Below, in pieces: positions 28,718 to 38,557 of a stretch of DNA of 64,000 nucleotides. The position numbers and the translations under genes are program-made. The stretch's first letter is position 1; each line of letters starts with the position of its first letter. This DNA is from Abditibacteriaceae bacterium (GTDB taxonomy: Bacteria > Armatimonadota > Abditibacteriia > Abditibacteriales > Abditibacteriaceae). The notes under the pieces are model-generated. The model made no database searches. It saw only the letters and a program-made list of their open reading frames with translations, and had not been told where the DNA came from. Where the stretch lies: positions 1,888,001 to 1,952,000 of the forward strand of contig OZ255721.1 in the NCBI GenBank assembly GCA_965277285.1, given 5' to 3'.

Positions 28718-31195
28718 TTACTGATTGTTGCCGTTACTGTTGCTGCCGTTATCGTTGCTGCCGCGCGGCGTGACGGTGACTGTCACGGGTTGCGATTGGC
28801 GGTTGGAACTGTCGGTTTGCGTCGCGGTGATGACATACTTCAAGTTGGAAACTCCACTTGGGCTGGGCAAGTTATACGCGGAAGTCGACCAGTTGCCGTT
28901 GCCGTCGGCTTGCACCTGCTGCGTCCCCAAATCGTTCGAGTAGTTGAAGATGAGGTAGCGCGAACCTTGCGCCGCGACATCGACTTCAACCGTCGCGTTG
29001 GGCTGAGCCGAGCCGCGCACAACCAGATTGTTGCCGACCGTGCCACCATCGCGCGGCGTGGAAATCGTCAAATCGGCCATGTTGCCGTTCTGGTCGCCGC
29101 CGTTGACGGAAATCGGCGCCGTGGTGTCTTCGGTCGAAGTGTTGCCGTTGGTATCGGTGAAACGACCGCGAATGATGATCGGCGAACTCACGTTGCTGGG
29201 AACCGAAAAGCTGCCGCGATAACGTCCGTCCGAGATTTCAGTCATCGGAACGTTGCGAATCACGGTCGTGCTGTCATTGCCCAGAACATCGAAGGTCGCG
29301 TTGCCGCCGACGCCAGCGCGCATATTGACCGTCACGCGGTCGCCGACGATGGTGTCGCGCGTCGCGTTGTGCGTCAGCGAAATGATGGCGCCGCCGTTGC
29401 CGTTATTTCCGCTATTGTTGCCATTTCCATTGTCATTGACGAAATAGGAAAAGGTGCGGCGCGCGGCGTTTCCAGCGCGGTCGAAAACCGTCACATTAAC
29501 CGAAACCTGCCCGCTGAGATTATCCGGCGCGATGACGCTGACGCTGTTGGAGTTGACCGTGATGTCTTGAGGCGCAACGCTTTGCCCGTTAAACGACACG
29601 TCCGCTCTATCCAGACCGCTGCCGCCGACATCAGTCGCGTTGATGACGATGTTGCTTTGCGAAGAAGGAATCGTCGAACCCGCAACGGGCGAAATGCCTG
29701 TGATGCGCGGCGGAGTTGTGTCAATCGTCACCGACGTTTGCGATTGCTGAAACGCTTCGCGCCCGTTGTTGTTGCGCAAATAAGCGCTGACGCGTCCACC
29801 GCGCACGTTGTCGCCGCTTTGCACCGTATAAGTTCCTGTGTAAACGCCGGGACGATTGGCGTCTTCGTTCATTGGAACTTCTGGCACATCGGGCAAAACG
29901 CTGAAGGTCGCGCGCTGATTCGGCGTGCCGCGCACTGTCACGGAAAGCGTGTCGCCAGAGCGCAAAGGGCGCGTCGTGTTTTGTTGAACGAGGTTGATTT
30001 GCGGCGTATCGCTGGACGTTCCAGTACTCGATCCGTCGTTTGGCAAAGAGTTGTCGGGCAAAGTATTGTCGGGCGGCGTGGTATCGTTGCCGCCGACATT
30101 GGCGCTGTCGGCCTGACGCAGAACGCTTGGCGCTTCGGAAACCGCGACCACGCGTCGCGTCGATGGTGCAACGAAAAGCACGACGCGCTGTCCGGGTTGC
30201 AAAACGCTGGTATCGTTCGCCTGCTGGTTTTGCGCATCGAAAATCGCCAGATTACCGGCGTTCAATGTTGTGCCCGCTGAATCATCCAAAATGATTTGAT
30301 TGCCCTGCACATCGCGGATGCGCGCCGTAATCAGCGAAACCGAAGTCGTCGCATATGTGACGGCGGAATTGGAATTGAGACGTAATGTCACATCGTCTCC
30401 AGGCAACAGCGGAATGTTGCTGTTGGAAGCGTTGCTCAAAGCAATCGGCGCGTCGTAAGTGGGCGTTTGATTGCGCGTGACGCGTCCCGTGATGCGACGA
30501 TAAAAACGCGTGTTGTCGGCAAACGTATAAGTTTTGGTTTGACCAGCATCCGGCGAATTATTTGTATCGCGGACTCGAACCGTGACTGAACCCGGCGGCG
30601 TGTTATCAACGCTGACAACGCTTCCGCGCACACGAGACGCAGCCGGAAGCGTGTTGTCGTCGCCGTTATCGCCGTTATTTCCTGTTCCGTTGTCAACGGG
30701 CACGGGCGCATTAGTCGTGATTTGAACGGTGCGCAGTGCATCGTTCCAGGCGACATTGGCGCCGAGTGCTTCCGAAACGAAGCGCAGCGGAACCAGCGTG
30801 CGCCCACTTTGCACCTGCGCCGGAACATCCAGCGTGCGCGATTGGCCGTTCACATAAGCGCGTGCTGAACCGACAGTCAATTGAACGCGCGTGTCGCCCT
30901 GCGTGGCGGTAATGGCTTGCGTCTCGTTGTTGTAATCGACAAAGGCGCCCAAGGCTTCAAATACGCCGCGCAAAGGAACGAGCACGCGTCCCGATTGCTG
31001 CAAGGGCGAGACGCCACCAAAATCAATTGAATTGCCATTGAGCGTGACACGAATTGGATCGTTGGGGTTGACTTGCGCGTAGGCCGGACGCATTGCGGAC
31101 TGTTGCAAAGGCAGCACAGCCATTGCTACAATCGTGGCGAGCTTCAGGCTGCGTCGCACAGAACGCGTCTTGCGATGATAAATAAAAGGTTCCAT
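28718..31195 (-). CDS. Secreted protein with copper amine oxidase N-terminal (stalk) domain and Ig-like domains
   Basis: Signal peptide ending 'AYA-Q'; 'GRVLVPLRGVFEALGA', 'GRTLVPLRFVSEALGA'; 'IDTTPP', 'DRAGN'; N/G-rich linkers. Confidence 0.85.
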   Translation of the reverse strand: MEPFIYHRKTRSVRRSLKLATIVAMAVLPLQQSAMRPAYAQVNPNDPIRVTLNGNSIDFGGVSPLQQSGRVLVPLRGVFEALGAFVDYNNETQAITATQGDTRVQLTVGSARAYVNGQSRTLDVPAQVQSGRTLVPLRFVSEALGANVAWNDALRTVQITTNAPVPVDNGTGNNGDNGDDNTLPAASRVRGSVVSVDNTPPGSVTVRVRDTNNSPDAGQTKTYTFADNTRFYRRITGRVTRNQTPTYDAPIALSNASNSNIPLLPGDDVTLRLNSNSAVTYATTSVSLITARIRDVQGNQIILDDSAGTTLNAGNLAIFDAQNQQANDTSVLQPGQRVVLFVAPSTRRVVAVSEAPSVLRQADSANVGGNDTTPPDNTLPDNSLPNDGSSTGTSSDTPQINLVQQNTTRPLRSGDTLSVTVRGTPNQRATFSVLPDVPEVPMNEDANRPGVYTGTYTVQSGDNVRGGRVSAYLRNNNGREAFQQSQTSVTIDTTPPRITGISPVAGSTIPSSQSNIVINATDVGGSGLDRADVSFNGQSVAPQDITVNSNSVSVIAPDNLSGQVSVNVTVFDRAGNAARRTFSYFVNDNGNGNNSGNNGNGGAIISLTHNATRDTIVGDRVTVNMRAGVGGNATFDVLGNDSTTVIRNVPMTEISDGRYRGSFSVPSNVSSPIIIRGRFTDTNGNTSTEDTTAPISVNGGDQNGNMADLTISTPRDGGTVGNNLVVRGSAQPNATVEVDVAAQGSRYLIFNYSNDLGTQQVQADGNGNWSTSAYNLPSPSGVSNLKYVITATQTDSSNRQSQPVTVTVTPRGSNDNGSNSNGNNQ

Positions 31196-31498
31196 AAGTG
31201 TTGCTCCAGAAAATGGTGAAACGGTGCGGCCAAAGGTTAAAAGAAACGTGCGACTAAAGGCAGTTGAGAGCTTTTGTTTCTGATAGAGGAACGAGAAAAC
31301 GTGTTGTACAGGGCAAAGCGGGAGCCATCGAAGCAAAAACCGAAACCGGACAGCGCCATGTTGTAGAGTGCGCAGACGAAAAATCGAAGCGCGAAGTTCA
31401 CAGCGTCACAAATCTAATGATTCGAGTACTCGAAATCGGTTCGCGGAAGTGCGCGCTCTCTATTGTAAACTGTGGCGGCAAATTGGGCGATGAGTTGA

Positions 31499-32779
31499 GT
31501 GAATGAAAAGCGTTCGATAACGGATGAAACCGACGAAATGAAACGAGTGCGCATCGCGGTCATTGGCGCGGGAACGCGAGCCGAATGGGGCGTTTTGCCG
31601 GTCTTGTCGGGGCCGGACATCGCGGCGCCGCCCGATACCGGCGCCTGGTGGTCGCGCCGCGCGGACGCCGGTTCGTCGTCGGAAATTCGTTATCAACCGC
31701 CTGCGATTCCTGAAGTCGTCGCGTTGTGCGACAGCGACCGCAAGCGCGCGGTTCGCGTGGCGGCGGCGTCTCGCGTGCGCGCGGTTTATTCTGATTGGCG
31801 CGTTCTACTGCGCGAAGTCGAATGCGACGCGATTGTTTGCACCGATCCGCGACCTGAAATTGCGGCTGAAATCGCGCTCGCCTTGCCGCCCAATTGCCGT
31901 TTGTGGATCGACGGTTTGCCGTCGTTTTCGCTGGAGCGTGCGCAAACTTTGGAAATGCAGTTGCGCAGTCGCATCGACAAAATCTGGTGCGCGCGAACTT
32001 TGCGTCAAAGTGCGGCGCATCGCGCGGCGCAACGCTTGATTGAACGCGATCAAATTGGCGTACCGTCGGCTTTGGCGTTGCGCTGGGGCGTGCCGTTCGC
32101 CGCGCCATCGTCTGCGTTGTCAGCGGCGCAAATCGAAGCGAGCGACGATTTGGGACGGCTGCCTTCGTCGTATGCGGCGCTCGATTTGGCGTTGTCATTC
32201 GTCTTGCTCAACAGGAAATCGAGTACTCGAACCGTGGCGAACGGCCAGGTTTGGGCGCGCGAGATAGGCGGCGCCACCAGCGTGATGTTGGAAAGCGAAA
32301 GTGCGACAGCGCCAGGCGCCACGGCGACGCTGCTTTTCGCGGGCGCCGAAAGCTGGAGCGCGCCGCTGCCACGATTGGAAATTTGCGGCACGCAAGGGCG
32401 CTTTCTGGTCTGCGAAGCGGGACGGCGTTTGTGGCTGCATCATCCGCGCGAGGCGGCGCGTTTCTGGGAGCCGCCGGGACTTTCGCACCACGTTTCGAGC
32501 GCCAACATCAGCGGCTTAGCCGAAGACTTGAAAGCGTTTTTGGCGTGGTGCGTCGCGCCCGAAAAAGAAAGCGACGCGCTTTTGAACGAATCAAACGCGG
32601 GCTTGCACGCTGCGATGACGGCCTTATGGGTTTTGGAAGCCGCGGCGCGTTCGTTACGCGATGGTCAAATTGCAACCTGGTCGCTGCCGCTTTCGAGTAC
32701 TCGATTGGAGAACGCGCCAGCCGCGTCGAGTAAAAACGTGTCACCAATTGTTCAACCGACATTGATGCTGCCGCTCTGA
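31499..32779 (+). CDS. Divergent Gfo/Idh/MocA-like protein
   Basis: 'RIAVIGAG', 'VVALCDSD', 'VYSDWRVLL...DAIV', 'LEICGTQG'; lacks the EKP motif. Confidence 0.65.
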   Translation: MNEKRSITDETDEMKRVRIAVIGAGTRAEWGVLPVLSGPDIAAPPDTGAWWSRRADAGSSSEIRYQPPAIPEVVALCDSDRKRAVRVAAASRVRAVYSDWRVLLREVECDAIVCTDPRPEIAAEIALALPPNCRLWIDGLPSFSLERAQTLEMQLRSRIDKIWCARTLRQSAAHRAAQRLIERDQIGVPSALALRWGVPFAAPSSALSAAQIEASDDLGRLPSSYAALDLALSFVLLNRKSSTRTVANGQVWAREIGGATSVMLESESATAPGATATLLFAGAESWSAPLPRLEICGTQGRFLVCEAGRRLWLHHPREAARFWEPPGLSHHVSSANISGLAEDLKAFLAWCVAPEKESDALLNESNAGLHAAMTALWVLEAAARSLRDGQIATWSLPLSSTRLENAPAASSKNVSPIVQPTLMLPL

Positions 32780-33048
32780 TAATTTGATGATCCGTAACTC
32801 AGGTTTGTAAGTGCCAGCCGCTGAAGCATCGGGCTGAAAAGGGCAAGACCGCTCAAGCGGCCTCCAAACGGCGTAAAGCGCATCGAGCCAGTCCCATTTG
32901 GGCGCCCTTTGGGCAGCGGCTTTGTGATTCAGTCCGCTCCTTCCTTTATGGCACATGACATTTGATGTGTAACCTGCATCGCATGTCGCTAACCGCACAA
33001 GCCGTCAACTTTTACCGATTTCGGTTCATCGTTCGATTCCACGTTTTT

Positions 33049-34407
33049 ATGTCTGTGCCTAATCGTCCGCCGGAATCTTCGGCTAAACCTGCGCCCAAAC
33101 CGTTGCCGCGTCCCAAAAATTCTTCGCGCTTGGCATCTCGCGTGGCGGTTTCGACGCGTCCTTTGTTCGATCCGAATGGTTTATACGGCACGCGCACGGC
33201 TCAGCGTCGGCGCGCGGTTCGACGGCGCCGACGCTTTCAGAACGCCATAATTTTTCTGCTGCTGGTCGCGCTTATCGGCGGTGGATTATGGCGATGGAAG
33301 ATGATGCGCACGCTTTCCGCAGCCAGTTCGTGGCAAGTGAAACTGAATGCAACTCCCTCAGCGGCGCCTTTGCGGATCGGTTCGACGTTGCTGGTGCCGA
33401 CCTTCGACGGCAAATTACTGGCGCTCGATGAATCATCAACTGCACCGCGTACACTTTTCGCCGCTGATTTTCCATTACGCACATCGCCCGTCGCGCTGAG
33501 TTCCGGCGTTGTCGTGACAAGCGAAGACGGAACGGTTTCCTTGATTGACCCGAACAACGGGAAAGTTCTGTGGAAATGGCAATCTTTGGCCACAATTTCA
33601 ACACGTCCGATTGCACTTCGAGTACTCGATGCGCTTAAAATCGCGTCTATGAAATTGATTATCGTTGGCGATGATGATGGAAACGTGACTGCATTGGATG
33701 CAAGCGATGGCAAACTTCTTTGGGCGCGAAGTGTTGGCGCCACAGTGGGAAATGGCTTGGCGGCGAGCGTTGACGGCGCGTTCGTTTATGTGCCGTTGTT
33801 AGGCAACGCGCAAAGTCGCGGCGGAATCGTTTGTCTGGATGCCAAGAGCGGCGCGGTTCTTTGGAAAGTTGATGCGGGCGCCTCGTGCGTGGCAATTCCA
33901 ATGGCGGGCGCAACTGCCTCGCAGGGAAAGGAGGCGCGCCTTTTCGCCTGCGCTGACAACGGTTCGGTATTGTGTTTCGACGCGACCGGAAAACGTCTCT
34001 GGAAAACCTTTGTGCGCCCTTTGGCGACGGCGAGAACCAATGAAGCCGTTGTGCTGCGCGCCGAACCGCTTTTGAAAGTTTATGAGTGGGGCGCGCGACT
34101 TTTTGTCGGTGGCAACGATGGCGTTTTGCGTTGCTTAGATGCACGCCAAGGCCGCGAGTTGTGGAGCTTTCCGACAGGCGCGCCAGTTTTACAGCGCCCG
34201 TTTGCGGTGCAGATCGCGCAAAATGGCGTAATGCAAGATGCTGTAATTGTCGGTGCTAAGTCGCAACTTTGCGCGCTCGATGTTCGCAGCGGCGCGCTGT
34301 TATGGCATGCTCAAACACACGGCGAAGTCAAGGGCTGGAGCGCGCGCGATAAAACCGCGTGGAGCGTCGCGCACGACGGCGTGGCGGAACGTTTCGCAAT
34401 CAATTGA
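33049..34407 (+). CDS. PQQ-like (BamB-type) beta-propeller protein with N-terminal membrane anchor
   Basis: Basic N-terminus plus TM helix; repeated 'ALDA..GK.LW' blades. Confidence 0.85.
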   Translation: MSVPNRPPESSAKPAPKPLPRPKNSSRLASRVAVSTRPLFDPNGLYGTRTAQRRRAVRRRRRFQNAIIFLLLVALIGGGLWRWKMMRTLSAASSWQVKLNATPSAAPLRIGSTLLVPTFDGKLLALDESSTAPRTLFAADFPLRTSPVALSSGVVVTSEDGTVSLIDPNNGKVLWKWQSLATISTRPIALRVLDALKIASMKLIIVGDDDGNVTALDASDGKLLWARSVGATVGNGLAASVDGAFVYVPLLGNAQSRGGIVCLDAKSGAVLWKVDAGASCVAIPMAGATASQGKEARLFACADNGSVLCFDATGKRLWKTFVRPLATARTNEAVVLRAEPLLKVYEWGARLFVGGNDGVLRCLDARQGRELWSFPTGAPVLQRPFAVQIAQNGVMQDAVIVGAKSQLCALDVRSGALLWHAQTHGEVKGWSARDKTAWSVAHDGVAERFAIN

Positions 34408-34422
34408 GTACTCGAAAACGAA

Positions 34423-35253
34423 TCAATTTGTATCAGTTTCTTCCTGCCAGCACGCTTGTAGTTGCAACGTGATTTTGCCGCGATTGAAAAACTGGGAAGA
34501 TTCTTCGGCCACAATTTCGCCAACCCCGCGTAGGCCGGACGCAGCGGACGTGAAGCAAAAGTCGTCCGCCGCCAGAATATCATTCAACGAGAAACGATCT
34601 TCGCGCGTCGGGATTTGCATTTCATGCGCCCAATCCAAAACCAGGCGGCGCGCGATTCCAGGCAAGCAGCCGGTTTCCAAGGACGGCGTAAACAAAACGC
34701 CGTCGCGTATCCAGAACAAGTTGGAGCGCGCGCCTTCGCAGATTTCGTCGCGTTCGTTCCGCAAAATCGCTTCGTCGAAACCACGATTTTGCGCTTCCTG
34801 CCACGCCATTTGATGATCGAGATAAGACGTTGTTTTGATGCCTGATGTCGCGCGCTGGCTATGCAGGCGAAACGGCGAAAGCGTGACGCGCAAATCCGCC
34901 AATCGAGTACTCGAAACGCTTTGTGCGATGATGGAAAGGTCGCTTTCGCTTGATGTATTCCAGCGGTGGTCGCCGCGCCGCGTCAAGGTTAAGCGCAAAA
35001 TGCCGCGCTCGATGGAGTTGGCGTCAATCACGTTTTGCACGGCATCGCGCAAGGTTTGGTTGTCGAAGGAAAGCGGAATTTGCAAGTGTTGCGCGTCGTG
35101 TCGCAAGCGTTGCAAATGCAGATCGAGCGCGAAAGGACGCGCCTTCCAAACGCCGACGGTTGTAAAAACGCCCCAGCCGAGCAAATTTCCCGCAGAGGTC
35201 GCCGCAATTTGCGCTTCGTCATCGGCGATTAAACGATTGTTGAGCCAGATCAT
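34423..35253 (-). CDS. Class IV aminotransferase (PabC/IlvE family)
   Basis: 'GWGVFTT', 'HLQRL', 'IKTTSY', 'EGARSNLF', 'LPGIAR'. Confidence 0.9.
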   Translation of the reverse strand: MIWLNNRLIADDEAQIAATSAGNLLGWGVFTTVGVWKARPFALDLHLQRLRHDAQHLQIPLSFDNQTLRDAVQNVIDANSIERGILRLTLTRRGDHRWNTSSESDLSIIAQSVSSTRLADLRVTLSPFRLHSQRATSGIKTTSYLDHQMAWQEAQNRGFDEAILRNERDEICEGARSNLFWIRDGVLFTPSLETGCLPGIARRLVLDWAHEMQIPTREDRFSLNDILAADDFCFTSAASGLRGVGEIVAEESSQFFNRGKITLQLQACWQEETDTN

Positions 35254-35265
35254 CGGAGTAAGATT

Positions 35266-36294
35266 TTACGGCGAAGTTGCAGTTGTTATTGTTTCATCGC
35301 GCGGCGCGAGCACTTTCAAGGCTCCAGGAAGGACACCAATTGCAATCGGCGTGCGCGTCCATTCATCGCCATCAAGTTGAACCGGAACCGGCTCGTCGCT
35401 TTCGATGGTCAGGCCCGCCGTTTTCCAGTACTCGACTTGCCCGTGTTCGATGTGGCGACCCGTCAAAACTTCCAAAACCTGGCGCACTGAAGCGACTTTA
35501 TTTTGAAACGGAAACAGGCAGACATCGACCAAACCATCATCTAATTGCGCGCGGCTGGTAAAGCGAATATCCCATGCATAGGACGCGGCGTTGCCAACCA
35601 TGACGAGCCACGATTTGTTCGAGTACTCGAAACCTTCGGCGAAGCGCAGGCGCAACGGCGTGCCATGATGCGAAATGCCATTTTGCAGGACTTTGACGAC
35701 ATAGGCGAAATCGCGCAGCACATATTTCAAGCGCAAGCTGGTGTCTTCCACAACTTTGGCATCGAAACCAACGCCCGCCATTAAAAGGAAAAACCGCTCT
35801 TCGTCGCCTTCGTGATCGGGTGAAAGCGCGCGCGCCGTTCCCACATCAACGGTACGAACGTGTCCCTGACGAATAACGCGGCAAGCGGCGCGTAAACTAC
35901 CCTCGATGCCCAGGTTGAAGGCGAATACGTTGCCGGTTCCCATCGGCAAAACGCCTAAAATCGGCGTCGCATCACGAGCCTTTGCGCTTGACGTGGCGGC
36001 GCCGAATTCTTTCGCATCAAGCGTTTTCTGCTCCATCAAACCGCTGGCGACGGCGTTTACGGTTCCGTCGCCACCCGCCGCGACAACAACGCCAAAGCCA
36101 TCGCGCGTGGCCTGTCGCGCGCGATGCACGACTTGTTCGCGCGTCGTTTCAAACGCGACTTCGACTTGAAGCGAGGCTCGGCCACTGCGTTCGCGCTCGA
36201 TGTCGCGGCGCGCGATGTCCACCAATCGCTGCTTGTTGACGCGACCGGCTCCGGCACCCGCCGTCGGATTGGCGATAATGAGTACTCGATTCAT
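35266..36294 (-). CDS. Diacylglycerol/lipid kinase family protein (YegS/BmrU-like)
   Basis: 'IANPTAG', 'AAGGDGTVN', 'LPMGTGNVFA', 'AGVGFDA', 'QLDGD'. Confidence 0.92.
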   Translation of the reverse strand: MNRVLIIANPTAGAGAGRVNKQRLVDIARRDIERERSGRASLQVEVAFETTREQVVHRARQATRDGFGVVVAAGGDGTVNAVASGLMEQKTLDAKEFGAATSSAKARDATPILGVLPMGTGNVFAFNLGIEGSLRAACRVIRQGHVRTVDVGTARALSPDHEGDEERFFLLMAGVGFDAKVVEDTSLRLKYVLRDFAYVVKVLQNGISHHGTPLRLRFAEGFEYSNKSWLVMVGNAASYAWDIRFTSRAQLDDGLVDVCLFPFQNKVASVRQVLEVLTGRHIEHGQVEYWKTAGLTIESDEPVPVQLDGDEWTRTPIAIGVLPGALKVLAPRDETITTATSP

Positions 36295-36755
36295 TGGTGA
36301 AGCATCAAAATAATGCTTGTCCTTTGAGTGCCACCAAAGCGGAAACTAAAACACCCAAGGCCAAGCTTGAACAGCAAGCTCGGCCAACTCTTGTGAGCGC
36401 GCTTCGATTTCACTGCGTCCCCATTTTTTGTTTTTGGCAATGTTCGAGTTAAAGGCAAGTTCCGAAACCTCAGAAAAGGTTGTTTGCGGGAAAACTCATT
36501 ATGAGAGTTCTTCCAAGTCAATTTATCGCGGAGCAATGTAGATTGCCAATGCGACTTAATAAGTCTATAGCCTCTCCTTCTATCAACCCGGCTTCTTTTA
36601 AGGCTGCTTTAAGGCTGCTTCGGAGGGGTTTCTCGGTAAGACGTGTTCTACATGAACTTTATTTGGCCCTTGGATACGTGTTACTGACGAACAAAGATTT
36701 CCGCCTAATCCGCCTAACATTCGTTTTATCAGATTGCAGAATTTGCGCTACATAT

Positions 36756-38162
36756 TTACGCCGCGTCATCCTCATCCGCGTTTCGAGTACTCGATTCGAC
36801 GGGCAGCTTCATCGAAAGCGATGTGATGCGCAAACGTTCGATGGCTTCGACGCGCAGAATGACATCGTTGATTTCCACTTCGTCGCCGACTTGCGCGGGA
36901 CGACCCAAAACGCCCAGCACCAGACCGGCCATTGTATCGGCGTCTTCATCGGAAAAACCGGTGCGAAAACGGTCGTTGATTTCGTCAATCAAAATGCGCC
37001 CTGGCATGCGCACGCTGCCGTCTTCCAGTTCCTCGATTTCGGCGCGCGGCGCATCAAATTCGTCGTGAACGTCGCCGAAAACTTGTTGCAGCAAATCGCC
37101 CATCGTAATCAAACCGGACGTGCCGCCGTATTCGTCGATCACAATCGCCATTTGCTGGCGGCGGCGCTTGAACTCGATCAGCATTCGGTCGATGGCGATG
37201 GTTTCCGGCACGCGCGCCGCTTCGCGCACCAGCGGCAGCAAGTTGACTACACGCTCGCCGTCCAAAGGCTGTCCGTCCGGCGAATGAGTACTCAATTCGG
37301 CCTCGAAGCGCACCAAATCTTTCAAGTGAACCACGCCCACGATGTCGTCCAGCGAATCGTTGTAAACCGGAATGCGCGTGTGCGGCTGACTGCGCAACAA
37401 CGCCGTCAGGTCGGAAAGCGGCATTTCAAACGGCACGCCTTGCATTTCGACGCGCGGCACCATGACTTCGCGCGCCGTCAGGTCGGAAAACTTGACGACA
37501 CGATGCAAAATCTCGCGCTCGGTCGCGCTGATTTCGCCGCCTTCGTGCGACTGCGTGAAAATCAAATCGAGTTCTTCCGCCGAATGCACCGACGCGTGAC
37601 TTCCGCCGGACGATTGCAAGCCGACCAGCCGCAAAACGATGCTGCCTAAGCCGTCCAAAAACCAGACGAGAGGCGTGCAAAGTTTCATAAACAGCGTGAT
37701 TGGTCGCACCAGAAACAAGGCGGCGGCTTCGGATTTTTGCAGCGCGAGGTTTTTTGGCACCAATTCGCCGATCACGACGTGCATCGTCGTCATCACGAAA
37801 TAGGCGAGCGCGGTCGCCAAACCAAAACTGGTGATGCCCAGAAAGGGCGCTTTCATCCAACCGAAAATCGGGTGCAACAACGGTTCGAGAATTTGTTCGC
37901 CGATGCCGCCCAACAGCAGGCTGGTCACGGTGACGCCGATTTGCGTGGCGGCGATCAGGCGATTAAGGTCTTTGAGGGCGCGTTGTACCAACACGGCGGA
38001 ACGATTGCCTTCGGCGGCGATTTGGTCGATGCGCGTGCGTCGCAGGGAAACCAGGGCGAACTCGGAGGCGACGAAAAATCCGTTGACCAGAACGAGAGTC
38101 AGCACAACTAACAGCTTGAGCGCGACTTCGCCTGGCGTCGTAGGAAGAGGAGGATCGGTCAT
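36756..38162 (-). CDS. Hemolysin-family (CNNM/DUF21-CBS-CorC) protein
   Basis: 'NGFFVASEFALVS', 'GELVPK', 'EVMVPR', 'VIDEYGGTSGLIT'. Confidence 0.93.
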   Translation of the reverse strand: MTDPPLPTTPGEVALKLLVVLTLVLVNGFFVASEFALVSLRRTRIDQIAAEGNRSAVLVQRALKDLNRLIAATQIGVTVTSLLLGGIGEQILEPLLHPIFGWMKAPFLGITSFGLATALAYFVMTTMHVVIGELVPKNLALQKSEAAALFLVRPITLFMKLCTPLVWFLDGLGSIVLRLVGLQSSGGSHASVHSAEELDLIFTQSHEGGEISATEREILHRVVKFSDLTAREVMVPRVEMQGVPFEMPLSDLTALLRSQPHTRIPVYNDSLDDIVGVVHLKDLVRFEAELSTHSPDGQPLDGERVVNLLPLVREAARVPETIAIDRMLIEFKRRRQQMAIVIDEYGGTSGLITMGDLLQQVFGDVHDEFDAPRAEIEELEDGSVRMPGRILIDEINDRFRTGFSDEDADTMAGLVLGVLGRPAQVGDEVEINDVILRVEAIERLRITSLSMKLPVESSTRNADEDDAA

Positions 38163-38224
38163 AGAGATTGCGAACGGGATGAAAACTTATTTTGGTAGCG
38201 ATTCGATGGAATGAGTATGGTCAA

Positions 38225-38288
38225 CGAACCCGAAGCGTGAGCGAGGGAGATGTAACGAACGGTCTCCCTCGCTCACGCTTCGGGTTCG
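38225..38288. repeat. REP/REPIN-like element, family B
   Basis: cgaacccgaagcgtgagcgagggaga / tctccctcgctcacgcttcgggttcg perfect arms. Confidence 0.8.
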
Positions 38289-38557
38289 CAGCTCTCACCA
38301 CTTTCTTTTACAACCAACGTAATTGATAAAAGTAAAACAGCGCGCTTAGTGTAAAGGTGCCAGCAACAAAACTGCAACTTTTGTTTGCAACCCACGCGCT
38401 CGCAAGCGCACTATCGAGTACTCGAACAACGGATAAAATGAGGCGCAGGTGATCTGGCGCGCGATTTCGATAAAATGAAAAGCAGGCAACCAACTTTTAG
38501 TAACCTTGTCCAATGGAAGACTTTCCCGCTTTTGATGCGTTAGGTTGCCACTTCCTT

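Noticed and set aside
28700..30280. 526-aa plus-strand ORF
   Set aside because: Antisense shadow of the secreted stalk-domain protein.
36300..36750. Small ORFs or an RNA element in the AT-richer spacer
   Set aside because: No recognisable motif or convincing structure by eye.
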